Source of the DNA: Candidatus Omnitrophota bacterium
GTDB lineage: Bacteria; Omnitrophota; Gorgyraeia; 2-02-FULL-51-18
Reading direction: 5' to 3'
Assembly: GCA_023247915.1 (NCBI GenBank)
Contig: JAHFFN010000001.1
Span: 9,417 to 73,416 of the forward strand
DNA: 64,000 nucleotides
The translations under genes and the position numbers were made by a program. Positions 1-9,855 of this stretch are shown here, in pieces; the stretch's first letter is position 1, and each line of letters begins with the position of its first letter. Below the pieces are notes generated by a model. That model made no database searches. It saw nothing but the letters and a program-made list of their open reading frames with translations, and was not told the DNA's origin.

Positions 1-641
1 GCCGCAATCTCGGTATCCACTTCACTCAATGAAACCTGAAATTTCTGGAAAAATTCGGGATTAATCTTTAAATGTTCAAGCCATCTGATAAAAGTACCAA
101 AAAAACCTTTCCTCTGGAGAGTGGAAATAAAAATACTGGCCACCAAAAATCCACTGATCGTCGCCAAGAAAATAAAAAGCCAGACACGTGGAATCGGAAA
201 TAAAAAAAAGATCAAAGAAGCGCCGGCGATCCAGAAAAAAATCTCTGAAAAAAAGAATGCCGTGCGAGCCATGATCACCGTGACCAACGCCTTCCGTTTT
301 TCAATCGCAAAGCGCTTGGAAGCCAACGTGACTTTTAAAAATTCTCCACCGATGTCCACAAAAGGCGTGATATTGTTAAGAGCCTCCCCCGCCAGGCGTA
401 TGCAAAAAAGCTCCGCGAAATTAACCTTTGATTTCCACTTGCGCGAGAAAAGCACACGCCAGCCCCAAACATCCCAAGCAAAAGCAAAAGGATAAACTAA
501 AAATACCAATAAGCCGGCGCCGCTGAGCACCGGAGTCAACACCTGCAATTTTTCAAATCCAACTGAATGAATCGTCCAGGCAAATAAAAAAAGTCCGGCG
601 ATTAGAAGGAAAAGCTGGGCGTGTTTTTTTATTTTTTCCAT
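1..641 (-). CDS. lysylphosphatidylglycerol synthase TM-region/flippase-like (UPF0104/HpnL-like) membrane protein, runs off the left edge
   Basis: Translated by hand from ATG at 641: MEKIKKHAQLFLLIAGLFLFAW...WGWRVL...RLAGEALNNITPFVDIGGEFLKV; the N-x-x-T-P...GGE motif and hydrophobic pattern fit this family. Not in the ORF track because the stop is outside the window. Confidence 0.75.
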   Translation of the reverse strand, partial: MEKIKKHAQLFLLIAGLFLFAWTIHSVGFEKLQVLTPVLSGAGLLVFLVYPFAFAWDVWGWRVLFSRKWKSKVNFAELFCIRLAGEALNNITPFVDIGGEFLKVTLASKRFAIEKRKALVTVIMARTAFFFSEIFFWIAGASLIFFLFPIPRVWLFIFLATISGFLVASIFISTLQRKGFFGTFIRWLEHLKINPEFFQKFQVSLSEVDTEIA

Positions 642-645
642 AGCA

Positions 646-1407
646 TCAGACCCGGAACTTGTATTCTTTGCCGGGATCTCGCTCAAAATCAGGAGGGAAA
701 CTCTTCCGCTTGTCCGAGAAATAGCTTTCCCGGCTTTCGCCTTGGCTTTGGCGATTGTATGTCAGGTAAAGATTTCGTCGTTGTCTGGATGTGAGATTCG
801 GCGCCGACTGGTGAGGCACAAAACAGTCAAAAAAAGCAACGTCCCCCGGCTTCATGGGGTATTTTTTAAATTCTATTCCTTCCAACTCCTTGCCTTGGAG
901 GGGCTTCCATTTTTGACCGATTAAACCGCGAGTGTGATGCGCCGCCGCAAGCTCCAAACAACCGTTTTCGACGGTGCTCTCATCAATCGTCACTAGCACG
1001 GAAATGAAATAGTCTGCATAGGTGTCCCATCCCGGCTGAATGTCCTGATGCGGCTCAAATCCCGCGCCGCCGGGCATTTTAAAATTAATTTTTTCTTTGA
1101 ACAAAATAGCCGGTTCTCCCAAAAGCTCTGACACACGCCCCACCATGTGATCCTCATGCACCATGCGATGGAAACTGTCATGAAAATCGGAAAATTTCTC
1201 GATGCGGGACAGGATGCGCTTCCCTTTCTCCAAGAGACTGTCTTCAAAGTAGGCCATTTCTTTTCCGGCTTGCGGCGGACGCGCGACAAGCTCATCGATC
1301 CAGGAGGACATCTCCTGAATTTCGGCAGGACGGTACATCCCGTGGATAACCAGGAAGCCGTCGCGTTTAAAGGATTGAAGCTGTTGTTGGGAGAAATGAT
1401 TACTCAT
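646..1407 (-). CDS. phytanoyl-CoA dioxygenase family Fe(II)/2OG oxygenase (PhnY-like)
   Basis: FKEKINFKMPGGAGFEPHQD (HxD), distal His in VPHQSAPN, RRNLYLTYN. Confidence 0.8.
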   Translation of the reverse strand: MSNHFSQQQLQSFKRDGFLVIHGMYRPAEIQEMSSWIDELVARPPQAGKEMAYFEDSLLEKGKRILSRIEKFSDFHDSFHRMVHEDHMVGRVSELLGEPAILFKEKINFKMPGGAGFEPHQDIQPGWDTYADYFISVLVTIDESTVENGCLELAAAHHTRGLIGQKWKPLQGKELEGIEFKKYPMKPGDVAFFDCFVPHQSAPNLTSRQRRNLYLTYNRQSQGESRESYFSDKRKSFPPDFERDPGKEYKFRV

Positions 1408-1425
1408 AGGATTAAATTAAAAATT

Positions 1426-1570
1426 CGGAGAGAGGAGGATTCGCCGCCCTCCGTCGGTCACTTCGTTTGCCCGACTCCGGGTCGGGCATTCGCGCGCCTG
1501 ACGCGCCATATTGGCTGTTGCTTTTCTGCCTTTGTGGCAGCGGCGCGCTCTCTTCGAACCCTCCTCTCTC
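1426..1570. repeat. tRNA-trailing structured element, copy E1; its termini copy the tRNA-Ser(CGA) 3' end in inverted orientation
   Basis: 1426-1443 is identical to 1583-1600; 1553-1570 is its inverted copy (1 mismatch); core 1441-1558 matches 36511-36628 ungapped with 15 differences in 118 nt. Confidence 0.85.
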
Positions 1571-1582
1571 TAGAGTAAAATC

Positions 1583-1667
1583 CGGAGAGAGGAGGATTCG
1601 AACCTCCGATACCTTGCGGCATACACGCTTTCGAGGCGCGCGCATTCGACCACTCTGCCATCTCTCC
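1583..1667 (-). tRNA. tRNA-Ser(CGA), no encoded CCA
   Basis: GGAGAGATGGCAGAGTGGTCGAATGCGCGCGCCT-CGA-AAGCGTG...long variable arm...GGTTCGAATCCTCCTCTCTCCG. Confidence 0.95.
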
Positions 1668-1687
1668 TTAAAATTTGGATCCTGATT

Positions 1688-3295
1688 TTATACCACACCC
1701 TTCATCTTTTTTTGAATTAAATTAGTAATCAGTTCCTGCCCCTTGGAAGCCATAAAGCTGGCCGCCAAAGCGCGGGTGTCAGGGATCAATCGGGGTGCCT
1801 TCAAAAAGCCGTCTATTTTCACGGGAATTTGAATAAAATTCTGCTCCGTCATCAAATATTGAAGCTCCGGGATCCCCTGCGCCGCCGCATAAGAAAATGC
1901 CGGGCTTAAGCGTATCCAAGACTGCACCTCCAAGCGCCCATCCAAACTGATCACGCCTTTAGCGAAAATATTCCAATCCTCAGTAAACACCTGAAGTCCG
2001 TCAAAAAAAATCTGTCCGGCCGCGACCGTCATCGCGCAGTCCACCGGACCCAAAACAGTACGGCGATACGCTAATTTATTTTGCAACGGCACCGGTAAAT
2101 AAGAGGCGGCGGATCCACCCCCTACCGGTAATTTTGAAAAAATTTCTCTTAAGAGATTAAAATCTTCAATCACTCCCTCTTTCAGCACCAATCTCCCGGT
2201 GCCGGAAAGGCTTGAAAGTATTTGAGGCATTTCAATGCCTTCGAAAGACCCGTCAAACCCTAAAAAAACTTTTCCCTTTAATCGAGGAGAATTTGCCGGA
2301 AAAAAATTTCTAAAGTCATTTAGATCCAAATCATCCATCTGAAACTTTAGAGAGGTTCCTGGAGAGCGCCCCGCGGCTAAACTGCTCTCTCCGGACACCG
2401 ACAGCACACTGTCTCCCATTTTCGCCAAAAAACGGCTGATTTCTAAACGTTTGCCCCGATGCAAAGCCGAGGAGAATGAAACAATCTCTAAAGGTTTTTC
2501 CAGTTTATCAAAAACCATTCGGACATTCTTCAATTCAGCCGTGGCTTCGTTCTCTTCCAGAAGATTAGGAAGCGCCTGCCAATGAGAAATTAAAATATTG
2601 CATTCGCCGGACAAATTTTCCAGACCTAATTTATTGAGCGCCGGCACCGCTTTGGCCAGTTCCGCGGGATTCCATGTCTCTAACTTGGTCTCCAGGCGGA
2701 GGTTATTAAAAACCACAACCTTCTTGGAGGAGACAGTCACGGTTCCTTTTAAAAATACATTGTTCGCCCGGTTAAACAACGCCAATTGAATCTGAAAATC
2801 GGAAGCCTTATCAAAAGTGAATTTTTTTAAAATAATTTCCGAATGAGCCGACAAAAGCTGAGCTTGGCCGCTTGTTGAAAAATCGCGGTACCAAACGCCT
2901 CTCTCCTTTTCTTGAGAACTTTGAAGCCAAACATTGCGGTCGCGATCCCGGCTGATTTGAAAATCAGGATTGACGATGTGAACTGTTCCAAAGATAAGTT
3001 TTTTATTTAAAAGCCCGAAGACATCCAAAACGATATTGACGCGTTCGGCGCCAAAAATCGGAGGAGAAGAAACGCCGTCTTTGGTGTAAACATAAATATT
3101 TTTAAATTGCAGGGACAGGCCGTGATCCCAGCTCATCGACACAGTTCTAAATCGGACAGGTCTTTGAAATACTTTTTCAATGCCTCTTTGGAGTTTGGGG
3201 CGAACCATTTCGCTGTTCACCAGATAAACTGAGAAAGAAACAGCGCCGATTAAAATGGCGGCAAGAATGGAGAGGATGATTATGGTTTTTTTCAT
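1688..3295 (-). CDS. AsmA-like family protein
   Basis: N-terminal TM anchor, beta-rich repeats, C-terminal 'LSGTGRLVLKEGVIEDFNL...IPVKIDGFLKAP' pattern. Confidence 0.65.
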   Translation of the reverse strand: MKKTIIILSILAAILIGAVSFSVYLVNSEMVRPKLQRGIEKVFQRPVRFRTVSMSWDHGLSLQFKNIYVYTKDGVSSPPIFGAERVNIVLDVFGLLNKKLIFGTVHIVNPDFQISRDRDRNVWLQSSQEKERGVWYRDFSTSGQAQLLSAHSEIILKKFTFDKASDFQIQLALFNRANNVFLKGTVTVSSKKVVVFNNLRLETKLETWNPAELAKAVPALNKLGLENLSGECNILISHWQALPNLLEENEATAELKNVRMVFDKLEKPLEIVSFSSALHRGKRLEISRFLAKMGDSVLSVSGESSLAAGRSPGTSLKFQMDDLDLNDFRNFFPANSPRLKGKVFLGFDGSFEGIEMPQILSSLSGTGRLVLKEGVIEDFNLLREIFSKLPVGGGSAASYLPVPLQNKLAYRRTVLGPVDCAMTVAAGQIFFDGLQVFTEDWNIFAKGVISLDGRLEVQSWIRLSPAFSYAAAQGIPELQYLMTEQNFIQIPVKIDGFLKAPRLIPDTRALAASFMASKGQELITNLIQKKMKGVV

Positions 3296-3328
3296 GCGAA
3301 AGAAAATCCGGAGTAGCGTAACGTGCGC

Positions 3329-5155
3329 TTAACGGCCGACAACCGTGATCTTGGGCCCGGACTTTTTAGCGGCCGCTTCTTGATGCTGATAATACTTTTT
3401 GTAGCTGGAGGCGTAACGGTACTTATAGTAACCTTCTGTTTCATAGCCAGCCCGATTGATGACCACCCCGATAAATTTATGGCCGATGGCTTCGAACTTA
3501 TCAATCACTGTTTTAATGACTTTGCGTACGACCATGCCTGACCCGCACACCAACACGCCGCTATGCACGTATTTGGCGACCACCAAGCCGTCGGGAATAC
3601 AAAGCACCGGGGGCACATCAATCACAATGCGGTCAAACGTCTTATCCGCGTTGTCCAAAAGAGAGCGAAACCGTTCGCTTGATAAAAGTTCTGTAGGATT
3701 GAGTGTCGGACGGCCGCCGGTAATGACTTTTAAATTACTCCCCGGAACGGATTTAATGACTTCTTCGGCCGTGGCGGCGCCGATCAAATAATCCGACAAA
3801 CCCTTTTGATTGTCCAACCCTAAATACGAATGCAAAAAGGGACGGCGCATGTCCGCGTCCACCAGAAGAATATTGCGTCCCATGCTTACCAGGGAAAGCG
3901 CTAAGAAAATTGAAACGCTGGACTTGCCTTCATCAGGAATAGCGCTAGTAAACATAATGCGTTTTGACTTGTCGAATGGCATTGAAAACAGAATATGCGT
4001 CCGGATACTGGCGATCATGTCCGCCAAAAGCGTGTGCTTGGCCATAATTTCTATCAGCGGCACTGGCGCGGCCGCATGGCGCAACAATCTATTTTTATTT
4101 TGATTTAACTCTTTGATCAACGGCACATACCCTAAAAAAGTAATTGGTACCGTGGGATAAAGATCTTTAGCAACCCATACTTTTCGATTGGTGCTTTCAA
4201 TGATAAACGCGATAATTCCACCTAAAAGCAGTCCTAATAAAGTCCAGGTCATGATCCCGCGCGGCCGGTTTGGCGCTGAGGGCGACGTCGGAACTTCGGC
4301 GGACTCCAACACACGCACATTGGTAATATTGACCTTGCCGGCGAGATTGGCGCGCATATTATTCAAAATCTTGGCGGTTCTTTCTTTGATTTGCGAATTC
4401 AAATAAGAAAGCTGACCCTCCGCTTGAATGACTTCCGGATGCTCCGGTAAATAGCGATCGGACAAGTCTTTGAGACGTACTTCTGTTTCCAGTTTTTTTC
4501 CGCGGAGTGTTGAAAGCTCTGAATCGTCTGTGATGCTGGAAAGCGACTCCGCGTATAATTTTTTGTCAAAACCCGTCAGCTTGTCGACAAATTCTTTGTT
4601 TTCGGTAATTTCCCCGCTCTCGGGAATCATTTTTAAAATCTGCTGGGAAACATAGGAATCGCTCTGCACACTGTCGCGAATGTAGATCTCCGCGAATTTG
4701 TTGGCGATTTTAGCGGCCCATTCCGGCTCGCCGCATTCCACGGAAATTTCGATAATACGCGTATCCCGAACCCGGCGCGCGTTCACCTCGTATCCCACCG
4801 AAGCCCTGAGTTCCGACTCTACTTTAGCGCGCGCGTCACGACCGGTCATAATCGCGATTTGAGTATTGTAATAAACTTCTTCGCCTTCGGCGATGGAGGG
4901 ATCCGAATTAGCCCTAAGCTCTTGATTGGACTTCGGCGTTTGATCGGTTTTTTCCACCAACATTTTGACGCTGGTGTCGTAACTGTCAGGAATATTAGCG
5001 AAATGGATCACCCCCACCACAAGACCGATCAAAGTCGTGCCGGAAACAATCCATTTATGCGTCGTTAAAATTCTCCAATACTCAATAAAATTAAACGACT
5101 CGACTTCTTCTTCGCCGATGTAGTTAGGTTTTATCTCTTCCAGGGGTTCCGTCAT
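3329..5155 (-). CDS. wzc: polysaccharide co-polymerase/tyrosine autokinase (Wzc/GumC family)
   Basis: Two TM segments, PxxPxxPN motif, Walker A PDEGKS, VDADMRRP, IDVPP, C-terminal Tyr cluster (GYYKYRYASSYKKYY). Confidence 0.9.
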   Translation of the reverse strand: MTEPLEEIKPNYIGEEEVESFNFIEYWRILTTHKWIVSGTTLIGLVVGVIHFANIPDSYDTSVKMLVEKTDQTPKSNQELRANSDPSIAEGEEVYYNTQIAIMTGRDARAKVESELRASVGYEVNARRVRDTRIIEISVECGEPEWAAKIANKFAEIYIRDSVQSDSYVSQQILKMIPESGEITENKEFVDKLTGFDKKLYAESLSSITDDSELSTLRGKKLETEVRLKDLSDRYLPEHPEVIQAEGQLSYLNSQIKERTAKILNNMRANLAGKVNITNVRVLESAEVPTSPSAPNRPRGIMTWTLLGLLLGGIIAFIIESTNRKVWVAKDLYPTVPITFLGYVPLIKELNQNKNRLLRHAAAPVPLIEIMAKHTLLADMIASIRTHILFSMPFDKSKRIMFTSAIPDEGKSSVSIFLALSLVSMGRNILLVDADMRRPFLHSYLGLDNQKGLSDYLIGAATAEEVIKSVPGSNLKVITGGRPTLNPTELLSSERFRSLLDNADKTFDRIVIDVPPVLCIPDGLVVAKYVHSGVLVCGSGMVVRKVIKTVIDKFEAIGHKFIGVVINRAGYETEGYYKYRYASSYKKYYQHQEAAAKKSGPKITVVGR

Positions 5156-5167
5156 AATTCCTTAGAA

Positions 5168-6079
5168 TTAAAAATAAGTTTCGGGAACAAAAATAACGTC
5201 TCCCGGCTCAATTTTGATGTCTTTCACATTTCCCTCGATCATCGCCTTCGCGTTAATAAAAAAAACTTTCTCGACTTTCTTCCCCGAAGAGCCGATAGAC
5301 GGCGGTGAATGGCGCACAATCTTGATCCTGTTTTGAGCCGCCACATTGGTGAAACCGCCAACCTGCCCGATTAATTTTACAAATGTCGTACTAGAATCGA
5401 CCGCGTAATTTCCTGGTCTGGCCACCTGACCCAAAACCGTCACGATTTTTTCGGTAGCGACCGCGGCTTCCTTGGTTTCCGGAGCCGCAAAATCCACAAA
5501 GATAATGTCCCCCGGCAAAGGCTTCACATCCTCTTCTTCGCCTTTGATAATCGCGTCCATATTCGCTTTTAAATATTGCTTATTGCCTTGCTCGTCCGTT
5601 CGGACAATCCTTAAATTTTTTTGATCCGCACCCGCCGTAAAACCGCCCACTTGAGAAATAAGCCTCATCAAAGACATGTCCGAGGCAAGGATATAATTCC
5701 CCGGCTTCACAATCTGCCCCAAAATAGAGATAGATTTGCTTTCGCTTTCAATCAAATCCACTTGTATCTGTGGATTTCGGATATACGACTTGCCAAGATT
5801 CTTTGTTAAAAAATCCTTCAATTCACTGACGGAAAGTCCATCCACATAGACTTCCCCCAGCAGGGGAAAATTGATTTTCCCCGAAGAATCCACCGTAAAA
5901 GTGCCGCTCAAGTCTTTTTCACGGTAAATCTGAATATTCAGTTTGTCGCCGGGGTGAATAAAATAGTTTTTGTCATCGGCAAGGCCTGTTTTGGTCGCCA
6001 GACAACAAAACACCACCAGTGACGCTAAGGCCACTTTTTTAATTATTTTCATAGTTTTCAACCAAACCATCTCTAGCAT
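5168..6079 (-). CDS. wza: polysaccharide export protein (Wza/Poly_export + SLBB domains)
   Basis: Signal peptide, YFIHPGDKLNI...VDSSGKINFPLLGEV, two G(Q)VxxPG...GGFT SLBB repeats. Confidence 0.88.
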   Translation of the reverse strand: MLEMVWLKTMKIIKKVALASLVVFCCLATKTGLADDKNYFIHPGDKLNIQIYREKDLSGTFTVDSSGKINFPLLGEVYVDGLSVSELKDFLTKNLGKSYIRNPQIQVDLIESESKSISILGQIVKPGNYILASDMSLMRLISQVGGFTAGADQKNLRIVRTDEQGNKQYLKANMDAIIKGEEEDVKPLPGDIIFVDFAAPETKEAAVATEKIVTVLGQVARPGNYAVDSSTTFVKLIGQVGGFTNVAAQNRIKIVRHSPPSIGSSGKKVEKVFFINAKAMIEGNVKDIKIEPGDVIFVPETYF

Positions 6080-6168
6080 ATATATTAACTTATTTTAGGA
6101 ATTATGGGTAGGAAATTTAGAGTTCTTTGGGATCTAAGATTGGCTATTAGCCATTCCCAGTAAATGAG

Positions 6169-7884
6169 TTAGAGCTGTTTTAGCTGTCCGTCTTTTAAAA
6201 GATAATGAAAATCGGATATTCGAGCAACTTCCTCTTGATGACTGATCATCAAAACCGGTAGGCGCCTCTTCAAGCTTTTGACCGTCTCAAGGATATGATT
6301 TTCATTTTCCGCATCCAATTGATTAGTCGCTTCATCAAGCACCAAAAGGGAGGGTTTGCGCAACAGGGCTCTAGCCAAAGCAATGCGTTGTCTCTCTCCG
6401 GCTGAAAGACAAATCCCGCGGTCGCCTATCGGAGTTTGAAGCCCTTGAGGAAGCGTTTTTGCTAGAGACTCCGCTGAAGAAAGTTGTAGTGCTTCAAAAA
6501 TCTCCTCGGAGTTTGCCGCGGGATTAGCCCATAAAAGATTGGCCAATAAAGTATCGTTAAACAAAAAAGTATCCTGTCCGACGTATCCGACACTCCCCCG
6601 CCAACCGGAGATGTCCTGATTCGAAAGCCGGACATCATCCACGAAGATCGAGCCTTTTTGTGGCTTGAGGAGTCCTGTCAAAATATCCGCGAGCGTGCTC
6701 TTACCCGATCCGGAAGCGCCGGACAACACGACAATGGTTCCGGAGGAGATCATTAAATCCGCTCCCCGCAAAATAGGCGTCTGGCCTGAAACAGAATAAC
6801 CAAAATGAATATCTTCCAGTCGCACCTGACGCGTCACCGGAAAAGTTTTGCGATCGCTTCCTACCGAAACCTCCGCGTGGGCGGCCGCTTCTTCCTCGAT
6901 TTTTCTTAAACGTGAAAATGACGGCAGCGCTTCTAAAAATTCTTGAAAATTTTGATAGGCGGATGTCAGTTGAGGTAGAAGTCTCGCGAAGAAAAAAAGT
7001 AAAATCAAAATTTCCGAGATAGGCATTTTTAAAACTCTATAGATAAAATAAAACAATGCCACCAAGATCACCGCGGAAGCTCCATCGAAAAAAAACCGGA
7101 TGTTTTGCATGGAATTAAAAAAACGGGCGCGTCTTTGGCTGATGGTCTGTACAGCGGTGCGAAAACTTTCCATCTCGTTTTTTTCCATCGAGTAGCTCTT
7201 AGCCATCTTGAAGCGTCCCAAATGACTTAAAATCAGCTCATAAAAAAATTTGGAGGCTTCTGAAATTCCCTCACCCGCCTCCCGCGATTCTTTGGAGTGA
7301 CGCCGTATGAGAAAAAGCATGCTACCGCCGCATAAAACAGAAAATACAGTAAATGCCCATGAGATCTTGACGCAGAAAAAAAGATAAACGGCAGCGATCC
7401 CAAGAGACGTGACAAAAGAACTCAAAAAAAATGTGGCATCTTCCAGATTTTGCGTCTCGACCGTCAAGGCTTGGAGAAGATCTGACCCTTTTTTTCTGGC
7501 GACATAAAGCCATTCGGCTCGCATCAAGGCTTCATAAATTCGGACTCGAAACAAATCCGTCAACGATCTTTCCAGTCGAAACCGCCACAACGATTGGCAT
7601 CGCACCAACGCCGCGCGGACAGCCATCAGCACTCCAAACAAAAGAAGGACTCCGGCTAAGGTCGGTTTTAAATGAACCCCAGAAAAAAGGGCTCGGAAAA
7701 ATAGCTCTATTTTCCCGGCGGCGCTTGCCTGGGCGGGAATTCCGGCAATCGCTAAAAGAGGGATTAAAAGCAAAGCGGTCATCCCCTCAGTCAAAGAAAC
7801 GATCCCTGTAAGTGCCAAAGAAAAATAAATCTCTTTTTTGGATTCTGAAAAAAGCGCTTTTAAGTACGCTTTAAAATTTTGCAT
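6169..7884 (-). CDS. ABC exporter (TM + ATPase), candidate RiPP transporter
   Basis: About 6 TM helices, GASGSGKST, LSAGERQR, VLDEAT; directly downstream of the kinase and nucleotidyltransferase genes. Confidence 0.9.
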   Translation of the reverse strand: MQNFKAYLKALFSESKKEIYFSLALTGIVSLTEGMTALLLIPLLAIAGIPAQASAAGKIELFFRALFSGVHLKPTLAGVLLLFGVLMAVRAALVRCQSLWRFRLERSLTDLFRVRIYEALMRAEWLYVARKKGSDLLQALTVETQNLEDATFFLSSFVTSLGIAAVYLFFCVKISWAFTVFSVLCGGSMLFLIRRHSKESREAGEGISEASKFFYELILSHLGRFKMAKSYSMEKNEMESFRTAVQTISQRRARFFNSMQNIRFFFDGASAVILVALFYFIYRVLKMPISEILILLFFFARLLPQLTSAYQNFQEFLEALPSFSRLRKIEEEAAAHAEVSVGSDRKTFPVTRQVRLEDIHFGYSVSGQTPILRGADLMISSGTIVVLSGASGSGKSTLADILTGLLKPQKGSIFVDDVRLSNQDISGWRGSVGYVGQDTFLFNDTLLANLLWANPAANSEEIFEALQLSSAESLAKTLPQGLQTPIGDRGICLSAGERQRIALARALLRKPSLLVLDEATNQLDAENENHILETVKSLKRRLPVLMISHQEEVARISDFHYLLKDGQLKQL

Positions 7885-8999
7885 AATCCCTCAAATCCCC
7901 GCCGAACATACAAAACAGGAACCCATAAACGATTGTGGCAAGAATATTTTTTTAAAATATATTCGGAGCCCGGAAACGCGTAGCGCCACAAAAAAGAAAA
8001 ACGTTCTTTGGGCGGGAGCGCTTTCACGTTGTGAATCAAATCTCGAGTTCTGGGATTTCCCCTTTTCAAATAAGACGCGGAAGGCTCTTCATGCTCCTCT
8101 TTATCGCGCTTCAGGCGTCCAAGCACTTCTTCCGACACGGCTGTCCCGATCCATTCCTTCGTGAGCGTCAACGCTTCCAGACAAATCGCCGCCGCCTTTT
8201 TTTCTTTGGCTAAAGTCAAAAAAGAATCGATTTCCTCTTTTTGCATGCGGCTAAAAATCAAATGAATATCGTAAAGCCAAATAAGACGCGATTCGTTCGC
8301 GTGATGTCCCGTTCGGTGAATGGCCGCTAAAAAAAGAGCTTGTTCCAAACAAAGTGTTTTGGCGGATCCCGGGAAAGACGGAAGCAGGACGGATTTTTTC
8401 TGAATCTCTTCAAAACTCAACATCTGACTGAAGGTGTAAGCATTGCTAATTTTCCAATGGAAATCAAGGCTGTGGCGGATCTGATGCGCGTCTTTTTTAA
8501 CGGCCGTCCACTCATGACTAGGAACCTGAAGCGGTACTGTATACCCAAGATTCTTCACGATCCGCTCAATTTTTTCATTGTCCCGCTCGTGAATCAAGAA
8601 ATCGATATCCGCCGAGGGTCGCAAGTAAGCGCTGGGATAAACCAGATAAGACAACGGAAATCCCTTGAGCAAAATATTTTCTATATTTTCTTTTGAAAAA
8701 ACAGCCAAAATATTCTCGATTTCCATTTTTCGTACCAGGTAAATCGCGATATATTTTTCGGAAATTGCCTCAAGCCCTTGACGCAATTTGAGCGGCCATA
8801 AATCCCACATTTCCGAATTTTTCAAAAGATAACAGACAAGCGGAGAGACGCTATTGGCGTCCGTTCTATCCAAAAATTCTTCGACACCCTCCTCCGGCAC
8901 GCAAGGCGCTAGTCGCCCCTCTGCTTTTAAAATCGATGCGATCAGACCGTCAAAGAAGATCGCGTTCGACGGCCTGGATGAGCGCTGGGAGATCAGCAA
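7860..8999 (-). CDS. nucleotidyltransferase family protein (NTP_transf_5-like; lasso-cluster type); start uncertain
   Basis: LLKG...Y...LRPSADIDFL, DFHW, RLIWLYDI motifs. Confidence 0.8.
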   Translation of the reverse strand: MLISQRSSRPSNAIFFDGLIASILKAEGRLAPCVPEEGVEEFLDRTDANSVSPLVCYLLKNSEMWDLWPLKLRQGLEAISEKYIAIYLVRKMEIENILAVFSKENIENILLKGFPLSYLVYPSAYLRPSADIDFLIHERDNEKIERIVKNLGYTVPLQVPSHEWTAVKKDAHQIRHSLDFHWKISNAYTFSQMLSFEEIQKKSVLLPSFPGSAKTLCLEQALFLAAIHRTGHHANESRLIWLYDIHLIFSRMQKEEIDSFLTLAKEKKAAAICLEALTLTKEWIGTAVSEEVLGRLKRDKEEHEEPSASYLKRGNPRTRDLIHNVKALPPKERFSFLWRYAFPGSEYILKKYSCHNRLWVPVLYVRRGFEGLCKILKRT

Positions 9000-9852
9000 G
9001 TTTTTTTCCTCGTTTTAGAAGAACGACCGGGACTTTCGATGAAAGACGCGCGCATTGGGTGAAATGACTTGCCCCCAATTTTTTTGTGGAGTGCCTTTCA
9101 ATTCCATACGAACAGCGGAGCAATTCTACAAACGCCTGCCGAGGATCCAATGAGCGAATTTGAACCTTGGGGCTTTCTTTTAAAACATAAATTTTTCGAA
9201 GCGGCGCATTCTTTTTGAAAAATGATTTCCTTTTTAAAATGGATCGCTTTTTAGATCCCGGCTCAACCAAAGGCGCTTCCCTAAGAGAAACTTTTAAAAA
9301 ACGCGCGGCGTCAGGCCATAATTTTATTTGTGGAAATGCCGGAATCACCTGAAAACCTTTTTTGGGATCCAGAGCCAACGCATTATCGGTAAGCAGCGGA
9401 TAGCCTCTGGCATGAAATAGGGCGACCGTCGTGGACTTTCCCTCCCCAGAGGCTCCCAAAAACGCGATGGCACCCTTTTTGGAAGCGACCGCGGATCCGT
9501 GCAACACAAGATACCCTCTTTGCTCAAGAATAATCGACAACGCGGCGCCTAACAACACCAATCGCAACACTTTGGGGCTCCCCTTGCGATCGGGATCTAC
9601 CCAGATTTCCTTTCCATCCCGCACCAGCAGAGACGCTTCATTTTTCCAATGAAGAAACACGCGATTTGGATTTTTTGAATTAAACGAATGGTCTCGAAAA
9701 TGCGGGCTTTTTTGAAAAACTTCGCGAGAACTCAGTGGTTTGGAGATAATTTTGATGTCTACCGGTTTTCGCCCCGAAGAAAGTTCGGGCAAAAAAAATT
9801 CGGAGGAAATATTTAAACCAAAAGCGTTATAAAGAAACTTTTTCTTGGGCAA
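8950..9852 (-). CDS. HPr-kinase-like P-loop kinase (PadeK-type lasso peptide kinase)
   Basis: YNAFGLNISSE N-terminus, LHGSAV, GASGEGKSTT, LTDN; TTG start 4 nt after the precursor stop. Confidence 0.8.
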   Translation of the reverse strand: MPKKKFLYNAFGLNISSEFFLPELSSGRKPVDIKIISKPLSSREVFQKSPHFRDHSFNSKNPNRVFLHWKNEASLLVRDGKEIWVDPDRKGSPKVLRLVLLGAALSIILEQRGYLVLHGSAVASKKGAIAFLGASGEGKSTTVALFHARGYPLLTDNALALDPKKGFQVIPAFPQIKLWPDAARFLKVSLREAPLVEPGSKKRSILKRKSFFKKNAPLRKIYVLKESPKVQIRSLDPRQAFVELLRCSYGIERHSTKKLGASHFTQCARLSSKVPVVLLKRGKKLADLPALIQAVERDLL

Positions 9853-9855
9853 AAA

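Noticed and set aside
1426-1570. E1/E2/E3 as tRNA pseudogenes, intron-containing tRNAs or tmRNA
   Set aside because: There is no 5' acceptor strand, D arm or anticodon arm; both ends derive from the same tRNA 3' segment in opposite orientations.
1441-1570. HDV-like/theta or hammerhead ribozyme call
   Set aside because: GGCGAAT resembles HDV J4/2, but I could not build P1/P3/L3/P1.1, and there is no CUGANGA/GAAA core. Left as an experiment only.
1412-1685. Short ORFs over tRNAs/elements (1412-1645, 1458-1661, 1467-1685, 36632-36814, 36677-36973, 57694-57975, 57947-58135) and antisense ORFs such as 121-495, 24716-25264 and 49384-50076
   Set aside because: They are shadows of RNA genes, repeats or well-supported opposite-strand CDSs, with no recognisable motifs.
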